Source: Burkholderiaceae bacterium
Lineage (GTDB): Bacteria; Pseudomonadota; Gammaproteobacteria; Burkholderiales; Burkholderiaceae_B
Reading direction: 5' to 3'
DNA length: 64,000 nucleotides
Assembly: GCA_050252075.1 (NCBI GenBank)
Contig: JBFWLP010000003.1
Location: forward strand, 2,195 to 66,194
The notes beneath the pieces were generated by a model. The model had not been told where the DNA came from, did no database searches, and saw nothing but the letters and a program-made list of their open reading frames with translations. Below, piece by piece: positions 20,147-30,420 of the stretch; position 1 is the stretch's first letter; each line of letters begins with the position of its first letter. Made by a program: the position numbers and the translations under genes.

Positions 20147-20559
20147 CTTCGCTTCAACGACTGCGCCAGCACCCGGGAAAAAGCCCCCATCCGTCCCGAA
20201 TCCGGTGCGCTCAACCCGCCGGCGGAGTCGTTGGGGTCAGAGTAAATTTCGGGGTCAGAGCAGCCCTTGGGGTCAGAGTAAGCGCCGGCAGCCGCTGCGT
20301 CGTGGCTCTGCCCGGCAGGCAGCGTATGCAGCAAGGTGATGGATTGGGCCGTAACGCCCAGCACCAGGCGTGTGTCTTCCACCTGAACCATGGCAACATA
20401 ATTGCGCCCGCCCAGGCTTTGAGCCCCCAGAACTTTCATGCTGCGCGCCTGCCCCTTGCGATGCCAGCCGGCCCGGCGGGTAAGCCATGCCGCGCCAAGA
20501 ATGAGCAGCACGACAACGACCAGGCTGATGATCACCCGCAGGATATCGGCTTCTTGCAT
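20143..20559 (-). CDS. fliO: Export apparatus protein FliO
   Basis: 138 aa with a single N-terminal TM segment. Sits between fliN and fliP, and its stop overlaps the fliP start. Contains the in-frame 18-bp repeat block. Confidence 0.8.
   Translation of the reverse strand: MQEADILRVIISLVVVVLLILGAAWLTRRAGWHRKGQARSMKVLGAQSLGGRNYVAMVQVEDTRLVLGVTAQSITLLHTLPAGQSHDAAAAGAYSDPKGCSDPEIYSDPNDSAGGLSAPDSGRMGAFSRVLAQSLKRR
20233..20286. repeat. 3 x 18-bp direct tandem repeat (GGGGTCAGAGYA + 6 nt) inside fliO
   Basis: Units at 20233-20250, 20251-20268 and 20269-20286. On the coding strand they read in frame as [18 protein letters not shown]. Confidence 0.9.
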
Positions 20560-20563
20560 TGTT

Positions 20564-21253
20564 TCAGCGGCGGCTGTTCAGCCGGTGAATGCGATCGGCC
20601 GGCGTAATGATGTCGGTCACGCGAATGCCGTATTTATCGTCGACCACCACCACCTCGCCCTGGGCGATCAGGTAGCCGTTGACATAAATATCCATGGGTT
20701 CGCCCGCCAGCCCGTCCAGCTCGACCACCGAGCCTTGTCCCAGCTGCAGTATGTTCTTGATGGTCAGGCGGGTGCGCCCCAGTTCCACCGACAGCTGCAC
20801 GGGGATGTCCATCACCATGTCGATATCGGCGCTGGTTTCCACCGGATCACCGCTCAAAGGCTGGAACACCTGCGCGGCGGCGGCATTGGCGTTGGCGCGC
20901 TGCTCCAGGCGGCGCGCCCGGTCGGAGCTTGCCGGCCCGGGGCCTGGGCCGGGGGCAGTACCTGCGGCGGCTGCAGCACCGGCGGCACCCGTACCGCCCG
21001 ATGCGGGCGCGGTGGCGCCGGCTGTCGGAGGTGTTTTGGGAGCACGCTGTCCGGGTGCGGCTTTGCCGCGCTGTGCCGCCGTTTGTTCGGCTAGCGCGGC
21101 AGCCCAGTCATCGTTGTCTTTGCGCAACCCCGCGGCCTGGTTCTCGCGAGCGGCATTGGCCCGGGTTTCCTCGGACAGGGCGGAAGCCCAGTCCAGATCG
21201 CCGGGCTCGTTGTCCGGGGTAGGGGGTGCGGGGTCTTTGTCGGAGTCGGTCAT
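20564..21253 (-). CDS. fliN: C-ring protein FliN with extended N-terminus
   Basis: 229 aa. C-terminal SpoA domain (IPVQLSVELGRTRLTIKNILQLGQGSVVELDGLAGEPMDIYVNG). The first ~140 aa are an acidic, Ala/Gly/Pro-rich region. Confidence 0.9.
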   Translation of the reverse strand: MTDSDKDPAPPTPDNEPGDLDWASALSEETRANAARENQAAGLRKDNDDWAAALAEQTAAQRGKAAPGQRAPKTPPTAGATAPASGGTGAAGAAAAAGTAPGPGPGPASSDRARRLEQRANANAAAAQVFQPLSGDPVETSADIDMVMDIPVQLSVELGRTRLTIKNILQLGQGSVVELDGLAGEPMDIYVNGYLIAQGEVVVVDDKYGIRVTDIITPADRIHRLNSRR

Positions 21254-21263
21254 GGGCGTTTGC

Positions 21264-22265
21264 TTAAGAAAAATCGGGTTCTGCGTTGGTAAGTAACTGG
21301 TTCACCCGCAGGGCGTAGCGCCCGCGCGATGTGCCGTAGGTGCCTTCCAGCACGGGTACCCCGCCAACGCTGGCGGTAATAAGGCCGGGAAGCTCAATAG
21401 GCAGCACATCGCCCACTTGCAGTTTCAGCAAGCTGGAAATCGAGCTCTCGATACGGGCAAATTCGGCCACCAGTTCGATATCGGCACTACGTACCTGCTG
21501 GGAAAGACGTTTTGTCCAGCGCTGGTCGGTCGTGTCGGCGGCGGCATCTTGCAAGGGGCGTGTCAGCAGATCGCGAATGGGTTCGATCATGGAATAGGGC
21601 AGGCAAATATGCATGCGCCCGCCGCCCTGGGAACCCATTTCGATATTGAAGGTGGAAACCACCACAATTTCATTGCTGCTGGCAATGCTGGCGAACTTGG
21701 TGTGCATTTCCGAGCGCACGTACTCGAACTCTACGGGATACACCTGCTCCCAGGAGGCACCGTAGCTTTCCAGGGCATTGGATAACAGGCGGCGAATGAT
21801 GCGCTGCTCGGTGCTGGTGAAATCACGCCCTTCAACGCGTGTGTTGTAGCGCCCGGTGCCGCCGAACACGCTGTCGATGATCAGAAACACCAGGCTGGGG
21901 TCGAAGGTAAACAGCGCGGTGCCGCGCAGCGGCTTCATGGCCACCATGTTCAGGTTGCTGGGTACCGGCAGGTTGCGTTCGAAGTCGGCGTACTTCTGGA
22001 TGCGCATGGCGCCCACGCTGATGTCGGCGTTACGGCGCATGAAGGTGAACAGTGCCGTACGCAGACGGCGTGCAAACCGCTCGTTGATGAGCTCCAGCGT
22101 TTGCATGCGATGGCGTACCACCCGGTCGGGCGACGTAAGGTCGTAGGCACGAACGCCGTGAAGGCTGATCTCTTCGTCGGGGGTTGCCTGACGTTCGCCG
22201 GTAAACTCGGCGAGTATCGCGTCAACTTCCTCCTGGGTCAGAGCGTTCTGGAAAGCCATAGTCAA
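21264..22265 (-). CDS. fliM: C-ring switch protein FliM
   Basis: 333 aa. N-terminal CheY-P binding-type motif LTQEEVDAIL and a SpoA-like C-terminus. Confidence 0.95.
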   Translation of the reverse strand: MTMAFQNALTQEEVDAILAEFTGERQATPDEEISLHGVRAYDLTSPDRVVRHRMQTLELINERFARRLRTALFTFMRRNADISVGAMRIQKYADFERNLPVPSNLNMVAMKPLRGTALFTFDPSLVFLIIDSVFGGTGRYNTRVEGRDFTSTEQRIIRRLLSNALESYGASWEQVYPVEFEYVRSEMHTKFASIASSNEIVVVSTFNIEMGSQGGGRMHICLPYSMIEPIRDLLTRPLQDAAADTTDQRWTKRLSQQVRSADIELVAEFARIESSISSLLKLQVGDVLPIELPGLITASVGGVPVLEGTYGTSRGRYALRVNQLLTNAEPDFS

Positions 22266-22320
22266 AAATCACCAACGTAATGCCAAGAAACTGCGAATGG
22301 ATCGAGCAACGGCGCTATTG

Positions 22321-22815
22321 TTATTGAATAACGAATGCGGTAAACAGAACGTCTGTGATCACCGGGCCTTTGGGCTGGGGTGCATACGGCTGACTGAGCG
22401 TGTCTTTAAGCTGTTGCACCAGTACCCCGCGGCCATCGGCCGTTTGCACGACATCGGGGCGCTGTTGCGACAGCAAACGCAGCACACGATCACGTACTTC
22501 GGGCATGTAGTCGGTGAGCATGGCCTGCGATGCGTCGTCGGCCACCCGGATCGTAATGCCGGCATACAGAATGCGCGTTTTGTAATCGCCCGCCAGGGTA
22601 ACGGTAAAGGGTTCCAGCGCGGTAAAGATGGGGCTGGGCAACGGTGCGGGCTTTTCCTCGACCTGAACCGGCGTGGCGGCCAGCCCCATCAGGGCCTGGC
22701 GAATGTTATCTGAAAAATAATACGCCAGACCGGCTAAAGAGCCTACCACCAGCACGACGGTGAGTACCAGTAAAAGTAGCCACTTGAGTACGGGAAGAAT
22801 GGGAATTTTAGGCAT
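22321..22815 (-). CDS. fliL: Flagellar basal-body associated protein FliL
   Basis: 164 aa with a single TM segment (LKWLLLLVLTVVLVV). Sits upstream of fliM. Confidence 0.85.
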   Translation of the reverse strand: MPKIPILPVLKWLLLLVLTVVLVVGSLAGLAYYFSDNIRQALMGLAATPVQVEEKPAPLPSPIFTALEPFTVTLAGDYKTRILYAGITIRVADDASQAMLTDYMPEVRDRVLRLLSQQRPDVVQTADGRGVLVQQLKDTLSQPYAPQPKGPVITDVLFTAFVIQ

Positions 22816-22876
22816 GCTGCGAATCTGCTTTCGGTGGTGACGTTAAAAAATTGACCAGCGGGGCGCGAAGGGTGGT

Positions 22877-24388
22877 TCAGGCGAACGTGTCGATAAGCGC
22901 ATTCGATGCCACGGCGCGGGTGGGTGGCATGGCTGGCGCAGTCGAGGGTTGCGCGGAGGCGCTTCCCGGGAATGCGTGGTTGCCTGCGGAACCCGATGAG
23001 TTCCCCGAACCCTGGCCTTGCTGGGCGAATGACTGCTGCTGTGCGCTGTGGTCGCTGACATCGGCTTGACCCAGGGTGATGCCCGACTGGGCCAGCAGCT
23101 GCTGCAGCTGGGGCAGTGCGTTTTCTACGCTTTGGCGAACAGCGGCATGCGCCGATACAAATGCCGCCTGCAGGGTGGATTCGTTCAGGTTGATGGAAAT
23201 GCGGATGGGCCCCAGATCGGGTGGGTCGAGGCGCATTTCAATAGTGTGCCCGCCGGCCGGGTTTGATTGAGCCAGCGCGGTAATCTGGCGACCGAATTCG
23301 GTTCCCCAGTCGGGATGGTGGATGGGCAGCGCCACTTGCCCCGACGCCGTCGGGGCTGCTGCGCTGATTACCTGCAAACCGGGCGAAACCGATGGGGAAA
23401 ACGCCGCACCGGCCGCCTGCGTGTCATGCCGTGCCAGCCAGTCGGCCTGCATCAGGGTGGCGCTGGGCATAGGGTCGGACGGAACACCGCGCGCCTGTGA
23501 CAGCGCGGTGAAGAAATCGGGGGCGATCTCGGGTTCCTGGCCGCTTTCCAGCGCCATGGCCCGGTGATGTGCCACTTGAACCGCATGCTTCAGCCCGGCA
23601 AGCGCGGCTTCGCGCTGGCTGCCGACGGGGCGGGTGGCGGCCGAGGCGGGCGCCCGAAGCGCTGCGGTATCGTCGGCGGTTAGCGCGTTGGTTGTACGCA
23701 TGGCGCTTGTACGGGCTGCCAGGGCGGTGTTGCTAGTGGCGTCGGCAGCAAGGGTTTGAGCCGATTCTCTGGCGGCGCCCCGTGCCTGGGCCGCAAGGGC
23801 CGCCTGACCGGCTTCGGATGTGCCCGCCTGTGCGCCGCGCGACTGCGACAGGCCCTGCGTACGGGCGACATCGGCCGTATGTTTGATGTCAGCGAATGCG
23901 GTGTCGGCAGCGTTGCCGCCGGCAGACAGGCCACCGCCGGACAAACGCCCGTTAACGGCCGCCGGTGCTTGACCGTTCAGGGGCGATTGCCCTTTGGCGT
24001 TCGCAGCGTCGCGACCAGAGTGCCCTGTGGCGGTTGCGCCGGCGCGGGTCGCCGAAACCGTATTTCCCCAGCGTGCCTGGATGCCCTGTCGTACGGCGGC
24101 CGCTTCGGCGGCCAGTGTCAGTGTTGTGGCGGGCTGAGCAGCAACATGGCCGGCGGCGGCTGCGGCTCCCGCCTGCGCGGCGGTGGCATCAGAGGCTGCC
24201 GCGGTGTCGGCGGCGGATGATTCACGTTCGGTTCGCTTTTGCGGATCGCGGGCGGGCGGTGTGGCCCGTTGCGCCGACAGCACGTTGGCAAACCCGGAGT
24301 GGCCGGCATCGGCGTGATTGACGTTTGCGCTGTGCACGCCGCCCGGCGTTGAGGCGGGTAGGACTGTTATAAGTTGTTGTGTCGTCAT
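22877..24388 (-). CDS. fliK: Hook-length control protein FliK
   Basis: 503 aa, Ala/Gln/Ser/Pro-rich. C-terminal Flg_hook-type block (IEMRLDPPDLGPIRISINLNESTLQAAFVSAHAAVRQSVENALPQLQQLLAQSGITLG). Confidence 0.85.
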   Translation of the reverse strand: MTTQQLITVLPASTPGGVHSANVNHADAGHSGFANVLSAQRATPPARDPQKRTERESSAADTAAASDATAAQAGAAAAAGHVAAQPATTLTLAAEAAAVRQGIQARWGNTVSATRAGATATGHSGRDAANAKGQSPLNGQAPAAVNGRLSGGGLSAGGNAADTAFADIKHTADVARTQGLSQSRGAQAGTSEAGQAALAAQARGAARESAQTLAADATSNTALAARTSAMRTTNALTADDTAALRAPASAATRPVGSQREAALAGLKHAVQVAHHRAMALESGQEPEIAPDFFTALSQARGVPSDPMPSATLMQADWLARHDTQAAGAAFSPSVSPGLQVISAAAPTASGQVALPIHHPDWGTEFGRQITALAQSNPAGGHTIEMRLDPPDLGPIRISINLNESTLQAAFVSAHAAVRQSVENALPQLQQLLAQSGITLGQADVSDHSAQQQSFAQQGQGSGNSSGSAGNHAFPGSASAQPSTAPAMPPTRAVASNALIDTFA

Positions 24389-24417
24389 GGGGTGCCTGCA
24401 CTAAAGCGAAGGGTGGC

Positions 24418-24867
24418 TTACGAGGGTTGGCGCAATCGTCGGTAAAGCGCGGCCGAGTATTCGTCGCTCTGGCGTTGCTCGCGTCGGTTATGCTGTTGCT
24501 GCAAACGCAGGTGCTGACGCGTTTGCAGGGCTTCGTACGAGTTAATTCGCCGCTTCTGAGCCAACCAACGTTCGCGAATTGCATCAATTCGGTGTTCCAA
24601 CTGCTGAACGACCTTATTTTGCTGCGAAATGGCCTGATCCAAAGTGGCGATAAACTGCCTAAAATTGTGGTAATTCGCGGCCGACAACCCCGATTCCGTG
24701 GCGTGTTGCAAGCGCTGGGCATAGTCAAGCCGGTACTCGTGCAAGGCGTCGAGCTGGGTTTGGGCGTTGCGTCTTTCCGCCGTGGCTTGCTGCAGCTCTT
24801 TCGCAATGTCGTCGGCTTCCTTGACCGCCAGCTCGATCAGCGTGGTGAGCGAGGTTTGCTTATGCAC
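24418..24867 (-). CDS. fliJ: Export chaperone / stalk protein FliJ
   Basis: 149 aa coiled-coil, Q/R/L-rich. Overlaps the fliI end by 8 nt. Confidence 0.85.
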   Translation of the reverse strand: MHKQTSLTTLIELAVKEADDIAKELQQATAERRNAQTQLDALHEYRLDYAQRLQHATESGLSAANYHNFRQFIATLDQAISQQNKVVQQLEHRIDAIRERWLAQKRRINSYEALQTRQHLRLQQQHNRREQRQSDEYSAALYRRLRQPS

Positions 24868-26371
24868 GGTTTACTCCCGTAGCAGGGGCACGCCGCCCCG
24901 CACCGGCCGGTGCGCCCGCGCCTGAACCTGTGCTGTTGCGGCGAAACAGGGTGGCCAGTTCGCCGGTGGCAGCCGGGTAATCGATGCGTGTGGTCATGCC
25001 CTGCTGCAGGTACGATTCCAGCCACGGATACTTTTCAATGGCTTCATCAATTTGCGGGTCGTTGCCGGGCGTATAAGCCCCCACGGCGATCAGGTCGCGG
25101 TTTCGTTGGTAGCGCGACAACATGCGCTTGAATTGATGCACCAGATTCAGCTGTTCCTGCGGCACGATGGCCGACATGACCCGCGAAATGGAGCTTTCGA
25201 TGTCAATGGCAGGGTAGTGGCCTGACTCGGCCAGCGTGCGCGACAGCACAATGTGGCCATCGAGGATGGCTCGTGCCGAATCGGCAATGGGGTCTTGCTG
25301 GTCGTCGCCCTCGGTGAGCACTGTGTAAAACGCGGTAATCGATCCGGCCGCGTTGTCGTCATGGGCCGTGCCGTTGCCGGCGCGTTCTACCAGCGCGGGC
25401 AGTTTGGCAAACACCGAGGGCGGATAGCCCTTGGTGGCCGGCGGTTCGCCGATTGCCAGGGCTATCTCGCGCTGCGCCATGGCGTAGCGGGTGAGTGAAT
25501 CCATGATCAGCAATACATGCCGCCCCTGGTCGCGGAAGTGTTCCGCCAGGCGCGTGGCATACACGGCGCCTTGCATGCGCAGCAGGGGAGACACATCGGC
25601 CGGCGCGGCGACCACCACCGACCGGGCCAGCCCTTCGGCGCCCAGGTTGTGCTCGATGAATTCTTTCACCTCGCGCCCGCGCTCGCCGATCAGCCCGACG
25701 ACAATAATGTCGGCCTGGGTGTATCGGGCCATCATGCCCAGCAACACGCTTTTTCCAACCCCCGATCCGGCAAACAACCCCATGCGCTGGCCTCGCCCCA
25801 CCGTTAGCAGGCCGTTGATGGCACGCACGCCCACGTCGAGCACGGTATCGATGGGTGCGCGATCCAGCGGGTTGAGCACTGGCGCCGTCAGCGCGGCGGA
25901 ACCGGCATGCGTCAGCGGGCCCTTGCCATCGAGCGGGCGGCCGGCGCCGTCGACAACGCGACCCAGCAGGGCATTGCCCACCGGCAACTGGCGCGACAGC
26001 AGGGGCGAGGGCGGCACCCGGTGCTCGGCCTGCCGTGGCAGGGGAACCGGCGCCGGCTCGGTGGCTTGCAGCGGAACCACGGTTGCGCCGGGCGGAAGAC
26101 CGGCGATCTCGCTTTGGGGCATCAAATACAGCGTGTTGTCGTGAAAGCCAACCACCTCGGCATCGGCCCAGACATCCTGGCCTTCGATCAGCTGGATCTT
26201 GCAGGCCGCCCCCACCGCCAGCTGCAGGCCCGTGGCTTCCAGCACCAGCCCCGTGGCGCGGGTGATACGCCCCGCTTTATGCCAGAGCTCGGTGGCTGAT
26301 ACGCGCTGGGCGGCCAGTTCCAGCTGGGCTTGCCAGCGCTCTTCGGGCGATGCCAGTGTGGCGGCGGTCAT
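24860..26371 (-). CDS. fliI: Flagellum-specific ATPase FliI
   Basis: Start set at the ATG at 26371, overlapping the fliH stop (ATGA). Walker [14 protein letters not shown] and Walker [10 protein letters not shown]. Confidence 0.95.
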   Translation of the reverse strand: MTAATLASPEERWQAQLELAAQRVSATELWHKAGRITRATGLVLEATGLQLAVGAACKIQLIEGQDVWADAEVVGFHDNTLYLMPQSEIAGLPPGATVVPLQATEPAPVPLPRQAEHRVPPSPLLSRQLPVGNALLGRVVDGAGRPLDGKGPLTHAGSAALTAPVLNPLDRAPIDTVLDVGVRAINGLLTVGRGQRMGLFAGSGVGKSVLLGMMARYTQADIIVVGLIGERGREVKEFIEHNLGAEGLARSVVVAAPADVSPLLRMQGAVYATRLAEHFRDQGRHVLLIMDSLTRYAMAQREIALAIGEPPATKGYPPSVFAKLPALVERAGNGTAHDDNAAGSITAFYTVLTEGDDQQDPIADSARAILDGHIVLSRTLAESGHYPAIDIESSISRVMSAIVPQEQLNLVHQFKRMLSRYQRNRDLIAVGAYTPGNDPQIDEAIEKYPWLESYLQQGMTTRIDYPAATGELATLFRRNSTGSGAGAPAGAGRRAPATGVNRA

Positions 26372-27126
26372 GACGGCCTGCCGGGCAGTGATTCCGGATG
26401 GCCCAGCGCCGTGGTGGCGCGCCGCCATCGGGTGGCCAGGGTGGCATCGATAGTGCCCAGTGGCGTTTGCGCGAGGCAGTCGCCGGGCTGCAGAGCCGGG
26501 TCGGCAACGAGTTGCCAGTGCGTAATGGTGGGGTCGCTTTCCAGGTACGTGCTTACGCGTTCATGGTCGTCGGGATGCACGCGCAAGGTGAGCAGAACAT
26601 CGCGATGCTGATACGACTGCACAATGTCGCGAACCATGTACAGGATTGTTTCGGGGTGTTGCTCCAGTTGCGTGTGCAGCACGCGTTCGGCAATGCGTAT
26701 GGCCAGTTGAACCAGTTGCTGGCCAACGGCCTCTTCCACATGGGCCAGTGCTTGCGACACAGTGTCAGTTAGCCGTGCCAGGCGCGCCACCTCTTCGCCG
26801 GCGGCATTCATGCCCGCTGCGTGGCCGGCGGTGAACCCCGTATCGTAGCCCGCCTGGTGCCCTTGCTGCTGGCCCTCGGCCGTACCTTCTTCAATGCCTT
26901 TGCTGTACCCGGCCCGATAACCTTCGGCATGGCCTTGCGATTGCGCCGCTTCGCGCAGTGCATTCAGCTCGGCTTCCAGCTGCCGGGGATCGGGACGCTG
27001 CGGTGTTGCGTCTTCCGTGGCGTCGTGCAGGGGTTCAGGCGGCGGTGGCGGTGTGTCAAGCCGCTGCGGCACCCAGCGCTGCCAGGGCGTTGCGCCGGTA
27101 TGTGGGTTGCCCGGCTGATCAGACAT
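26368..27126 (-). CDS. fliH: Flagellar export ATPase regulator FliH
   Basis: 252 aa. Acidic N-terminus, GY-rich helical repeats ([25 protein letters not shown]) and a FliH-type C-terminus. Confidence 0.85.
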   Translation of the reverse strand: MSDQPGNPHTGATPWQRWVPQRLDTPPPPPEPLHDATEDATPQRPDPRQLEAELNALREAAQSQGHAEGYRAGYSKGIEEGTAEGQQQGHQAGYDTGFTAGHAAGMNAAGEEVARLARLTDTVSQALAHVEEAVGQQLVQLAIRIAERVLHTQLEQHPETILYMVRDIVQSYQHRDVLLTLRVHPDDHERVSTYLESDPTITHWQLVADPALQPGDCLAQTPLGTIDATLATRWRRATTALGHPESLPGRPS

Positions 27127-28129
27127 ATTCCTCGTTGCCCGAGCGATTCAGGGAAATTTGCCCCGATTCGGCAAGACGTCGTACCACGGCCAGAATGTTG
27201 CGCTGTTCTTCTTCGACCTTGGACATACGTACCGGCCCCAGGGCTTCCAGGTCTTCGCGCAGCATTTCGGCAGCGCGGTTGGACATATTCCGGAAAATCT
27301 TGTTGCGCACTTCGTCGGGTGCGCCCTTGAGCGCAATGGTAAGGGCATTGGTATCGATTTCGCGCAAAATAGTCTGCACCGCAACATCTTCGATGTCGGC
27401 GATATTGTCGAACACAAACATTTCGTCGACCACCCGCTGGGCGAGTTCGGCGTCGGTGTCGCGCAGGTTGGTGACCACTGATTCCTCGTCGGTCGAGCTC
27501 ATGAAGTTCAGCAGTTCGGCAGCGGTACGTACACCGCCCATTTTGCTGCGTTTGGTTCCCTGGCCGGAGAGCACATCGTTCAGCACCTCGGTCAGTTCCT
27601 GCAGTGCGGCCGGCTGCACCCCGCCGAAGGTGGCAATGCGCAGCATAACGTCGTTGCGCAGGCGCTCGTCGAGCAGCGTGAGTACGGCGGACGCGCGTTC
27701 GCGTTCCAGGTGGACCAGAATGGTGGCGATGATCTGAGGGTGTTCCTCGGCGATCAGTTCGGCCACGCTGCCCGGGTCCAGCACGTTCAGGGCGTCAATA
27801 CCGCTGTTGATGCGCACCCCGTCGTCGAGAATGTCTTCGATCACGCCGGCGGCGCGGTCGGTGCCCAGTGCCTTGCTGAGCACCGATTTAATGTAGTCGT
27901 CGGCCCCCAGGTTGACCGCCATGTACTGGTCGGCATCTTCGCGGAACTCTTCCAGCACGCGGTCGGCGTCGTTGCGGGTAACCTGACGGATATTGGCCAT
28001 GGCCAGGCCGATTTCCTGAACTTCCTTGCCCGACATGTAGCGGAACACTTCCGCGGCCGTGTTCTCGCCCAGCGACATGATCAGGATAGCGCAGCGTTCC
28101 AGATGCGGGTTATGTTTCCGAAGGGCCAT
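27119..28129 (-). CDS. fliG: Rotor/switch protein FliG
   Basis: 336 aa. EEHPQIIATIL and MFVFDNI motifs. Confidence 0.95.
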   Translation of the reverse strand: MALRKHNPHLERCAILIMSLGENTAAEVFRYMSGKEVQEIGLAMANIRQVTRNDADRVLEEFREDADQYMAVNLGADDYIKSVLSKALGTDRAAGVIEDILDDGVRINSGIDALNVLDPGSVAELIAEEHPQIIATILVHLERERASAVLTLLDERLRNDVMLRIATFGGVQPAALQELTEVLNDVLSGQGTKRSKMGGVRTAAELLNFMSSTDEESVVTNLRDTDAELAQRVVDEMFVFDNIADIEDVAVQTILREIDTNALTIALKGAPDEVRNKIFRNMSNRAAEMLREDLEALGPVRMSKVEEEQRNILAVVRRLAESGQISLNRSGNEEYV

Positions 28130-29780
28130 TCTTGCTCTCCATCCATTGACGCAACACCATGGCCACGGCGCGCGGGTCGCGCTCGGCCAGCTGGCGTGCC
28201 ATATTCAGGTTGCTTTCGTAGCGGTTCATCTCGGCGGCCAGGCGGGCTTCGGCCTCGGCCTGCTCGCGGTTCAGTTTTTCGCTTTCGCGCTCGGCGTAGG
28301 CGCGGGCCTGTTCTTCGCGTGCCTTTTCAACCATACGGCGCAACCACAATTGCCACAGCAGATAAATGACAAAGCCAACAATCAGGTACTTGACCAATTG
28401 CAAACTGTAATCCAGATACAGCGGGTTTTGCCAGAACGGAATGCCGGGTTCTGGGGTGAACTGGCTGTTCACCACGCTGAGCGAGTCGCCGCGTTCGGCC
28501 GAATACCCCATGGCCTGGCGAACCAGTTCGTTCAGTTGTTCAAGTTCCGGCGCGGGCAGCGGTGCCGGTTCGCCGTCGAGCTCGCGATAATTCACCACCA
28601 CGGCGACGGACAGGCGGCGTATCTGGCCGATGGCGTCTTTGGTGTGGCTGATGGTGCGGTCAACTTCGTAGTTGATGGTGGCGTCGGAGCGGGCGCTGCC
28701 TTGGGCTTCGGCGGTTTGCGTGGTGACGGCATTGGGCGCATTGGGTGCGTTCTGCGCATTGGCCTGGTTCTGCGGATTCTGCGCCGCCGGCGGGACGTCG
28801 ATGGGGGCGACGGCGGTTCCAGGAGGCTGATTCGTAAGCGCGCCCGGAATGCCCTGCGGGGGCAGCACGCCGTTTTCAGTGGATGCACTGGATTGCCGGC
28901 TGCGCACCGCCGCCTGGCCCGGTTGCTGGTTGGGCCGGTAGACCTCGGAGGTTTGTTCGCGCTGAGAAAAGTCGAGATCGGCGCTGACCTGCGCTCGTAC
29001 ATTGCCCGCACCCACAATGGGGTTGAGCAGGGTAAGAATGCGTTGAACCGTTCGTTGCTCAATGTCGTGCACCAGGTCGCGGCGCGTGGCGTCCATGGCG
29101 GCATCGCCGGTGGGTGCCGTAAGCAGACGGCCGTTCTGGTCAACCACCGAGACGTTTTCGGCCGTTAAATGGGGAACACTGGACGACACCAGCCAGGTTA
29201 CCGCATTGACCTGGGCTTCGCTGAGCGTGCGGCCCGGGTACAGCGTAACCAGCACCGACGCGGTCGGGGGCTGGCGATCGCGCACAAACAGCGATTCGCG
29301 CGGAATGGCCAGGTGAACCCGAGCATGCTGCACCGCATGCAGCGACTGGATGGAGCTGCTCAGTTCGCCTTCCAGAGCCCGCTGGTAGGTGACCTGCTCG
29401 GCAAACTGGCTGGCGCCGAAACGTGTCTGGTCGAGCAGTTCGAACCCGGCCTCGCCGCTGCGCGGCAGCCCTTGCTGGGCCAGTTGCAGGCGCGCTTCGT
29501 GCACTTTGTCGGCCGGCACCAGGATGGCATTGCCCGACTCGGCCAGCCGGTACGGCACGTTCATTTGGGTGAGCGCCTGCACAATGGCGCCGCCGTCGCG
29601 GTCTTCGATATTGGAAAACAGCACTTTGTAATCGGGGGTGCGCAGCCACAACAAGGCCACGGCCAGAAGGGCTATGGCGCCGGCTGCCACACCCAGCTGG
29701 ACGGTGCGGGGCCAGCCGGCGATGGAATTCAGGCCGGGAATCGATGGCAGGCGGGCCATCCAGTTGGCCGCCGTGCTCAT
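28110..29780 (-). CDS. fliF: MS-ring protein FliF
   Basis: 556 aa. N-terminal TM segment, YscJ/FliF-type ring domain and a second TM segment near the C-terminus (VKYLIVGFVIYLLWQLWL). Confidence 0.95.
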   Translation of the reverse strand: MSTAANWMARLPSIPGLNSIAGWPRTVQLGVAAGAIALLAVALLWLRTPDYKVLFSNIEDRDGGAIVQALTQMNVPYRLAESGNAILVPADKVHEARLQLAQQGLPRSGEAGFELLDQTRFGASQFAEQVTYQRALEGELSSSIQSLHAVQHARVHLAIPRESLFVRDRQPPTASVLVTLYPGRTLSEAQVNAVTWLVSSSVPHLTAENVSVVDQNGRLLTAPTGDAAMDATRRDLVHDIEQRTVQRILTLLNPIVGAGNVRAQVSADLDFSQREQTSEVYRPNQQPGQAAVRSRQSSASTENGVLPPQGIPGALTNQPPGTAVAPIDVPPAAQNPQNQANAQNAPNAPNAVTTQTAEAQGSARSDATINYEVDRTISHTKDAIGQIRRLSVAVVVNYRELDGEPAPLPAPELEQLNELVRQAMGYSAERGDSLSVVNSQFTPEPGIPFWQNPLYLDYSLQLVKYLIVGFVIYLLWQLWLRRMVEKAREEQARAYAERESEKLNREQAEAEARLAAEMNRYESNLNMARQLAERDPRAVAMVLRQWMESKNGPSET

Positions 29781-30078
29781 CGGCTACCTCGGGGGTGGCA
29801 ACTGCAGGGTGCGGGAAGCATCAAACGGGACATCAGCAAGGTTTGCATGCGGCAGGGTTAGGTAAGTTGAGGCTGCATTATTGCCTGACCGGCCCGTTTG
29901 CCAAGCGCTGAAAAACACCATTTTTGGGTGTTATTTAGCTGCTATGGCCCGCACGCCGGGGCCATGCCCGGCCTGTAGCGAAGAATAGCGAGTAATTTTT
30001 GCCTTTGTTAGATCGCTTGCCGGCGATCGGCGTTCGGTATAGTGGCAGCTACTGTGTACTCACTTTCTGGTTAACGTC

Positions 30079-30420
30079 ATGGCTATCGACAAACTAACCG
30101 CCATTGAAAACGTGCTCGCGCAAATGCGCGTTATGTCCCAGGCGGCTTCAGCCGGGGCAGCGGTTGGCGCGCCGGGTAACGGGCACTCGTCCGTGAACGG
30201 CGGTTTCGCCGGCGAACTGGCACGTTCGCTTGAAAAAGTGGCCGAATTGCAGAATCAGTCGTCGGCCCAGGCCCGGGCGTTTCAACTGGGCGAGCCCAAT
30301 ATATCGCTGAACGATGTCATGATCGACATGCAAAAGGCCAGCATTGCCTTTCAAACCACTGTGCAGGCTCGCAACCGTTTGGTGGCGGCTTACCAGGAAA
30401 TTGCCAGTATGCCGATCTAA
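30079..30420 (+). CDS. fliE: Hook-basal body complex protein FliE
   Basis: 113 aa. C-terminus VMIDMQKASIAFQTTVQARNRLVAAYQEI. Divergent from fliF. Confidence 0.9.
   Translation: MAIDKLTAIENVLAQMRVMSQAASAGAAVGAPGNGHSSVNGGFAGELARSLEKVAELQNQSSAQARAFQLGEPNISLNDVMIDMQKASIAFQTTVQARNRLVAAYQEIASMPI

Noticed and set aside
26372-26428. 19-aa N-terminal extension of fliI
   Set aside because: The ATG at 26371 gives the classic ATGA overlap with the fliH stop. The extension would lie inside fliH.
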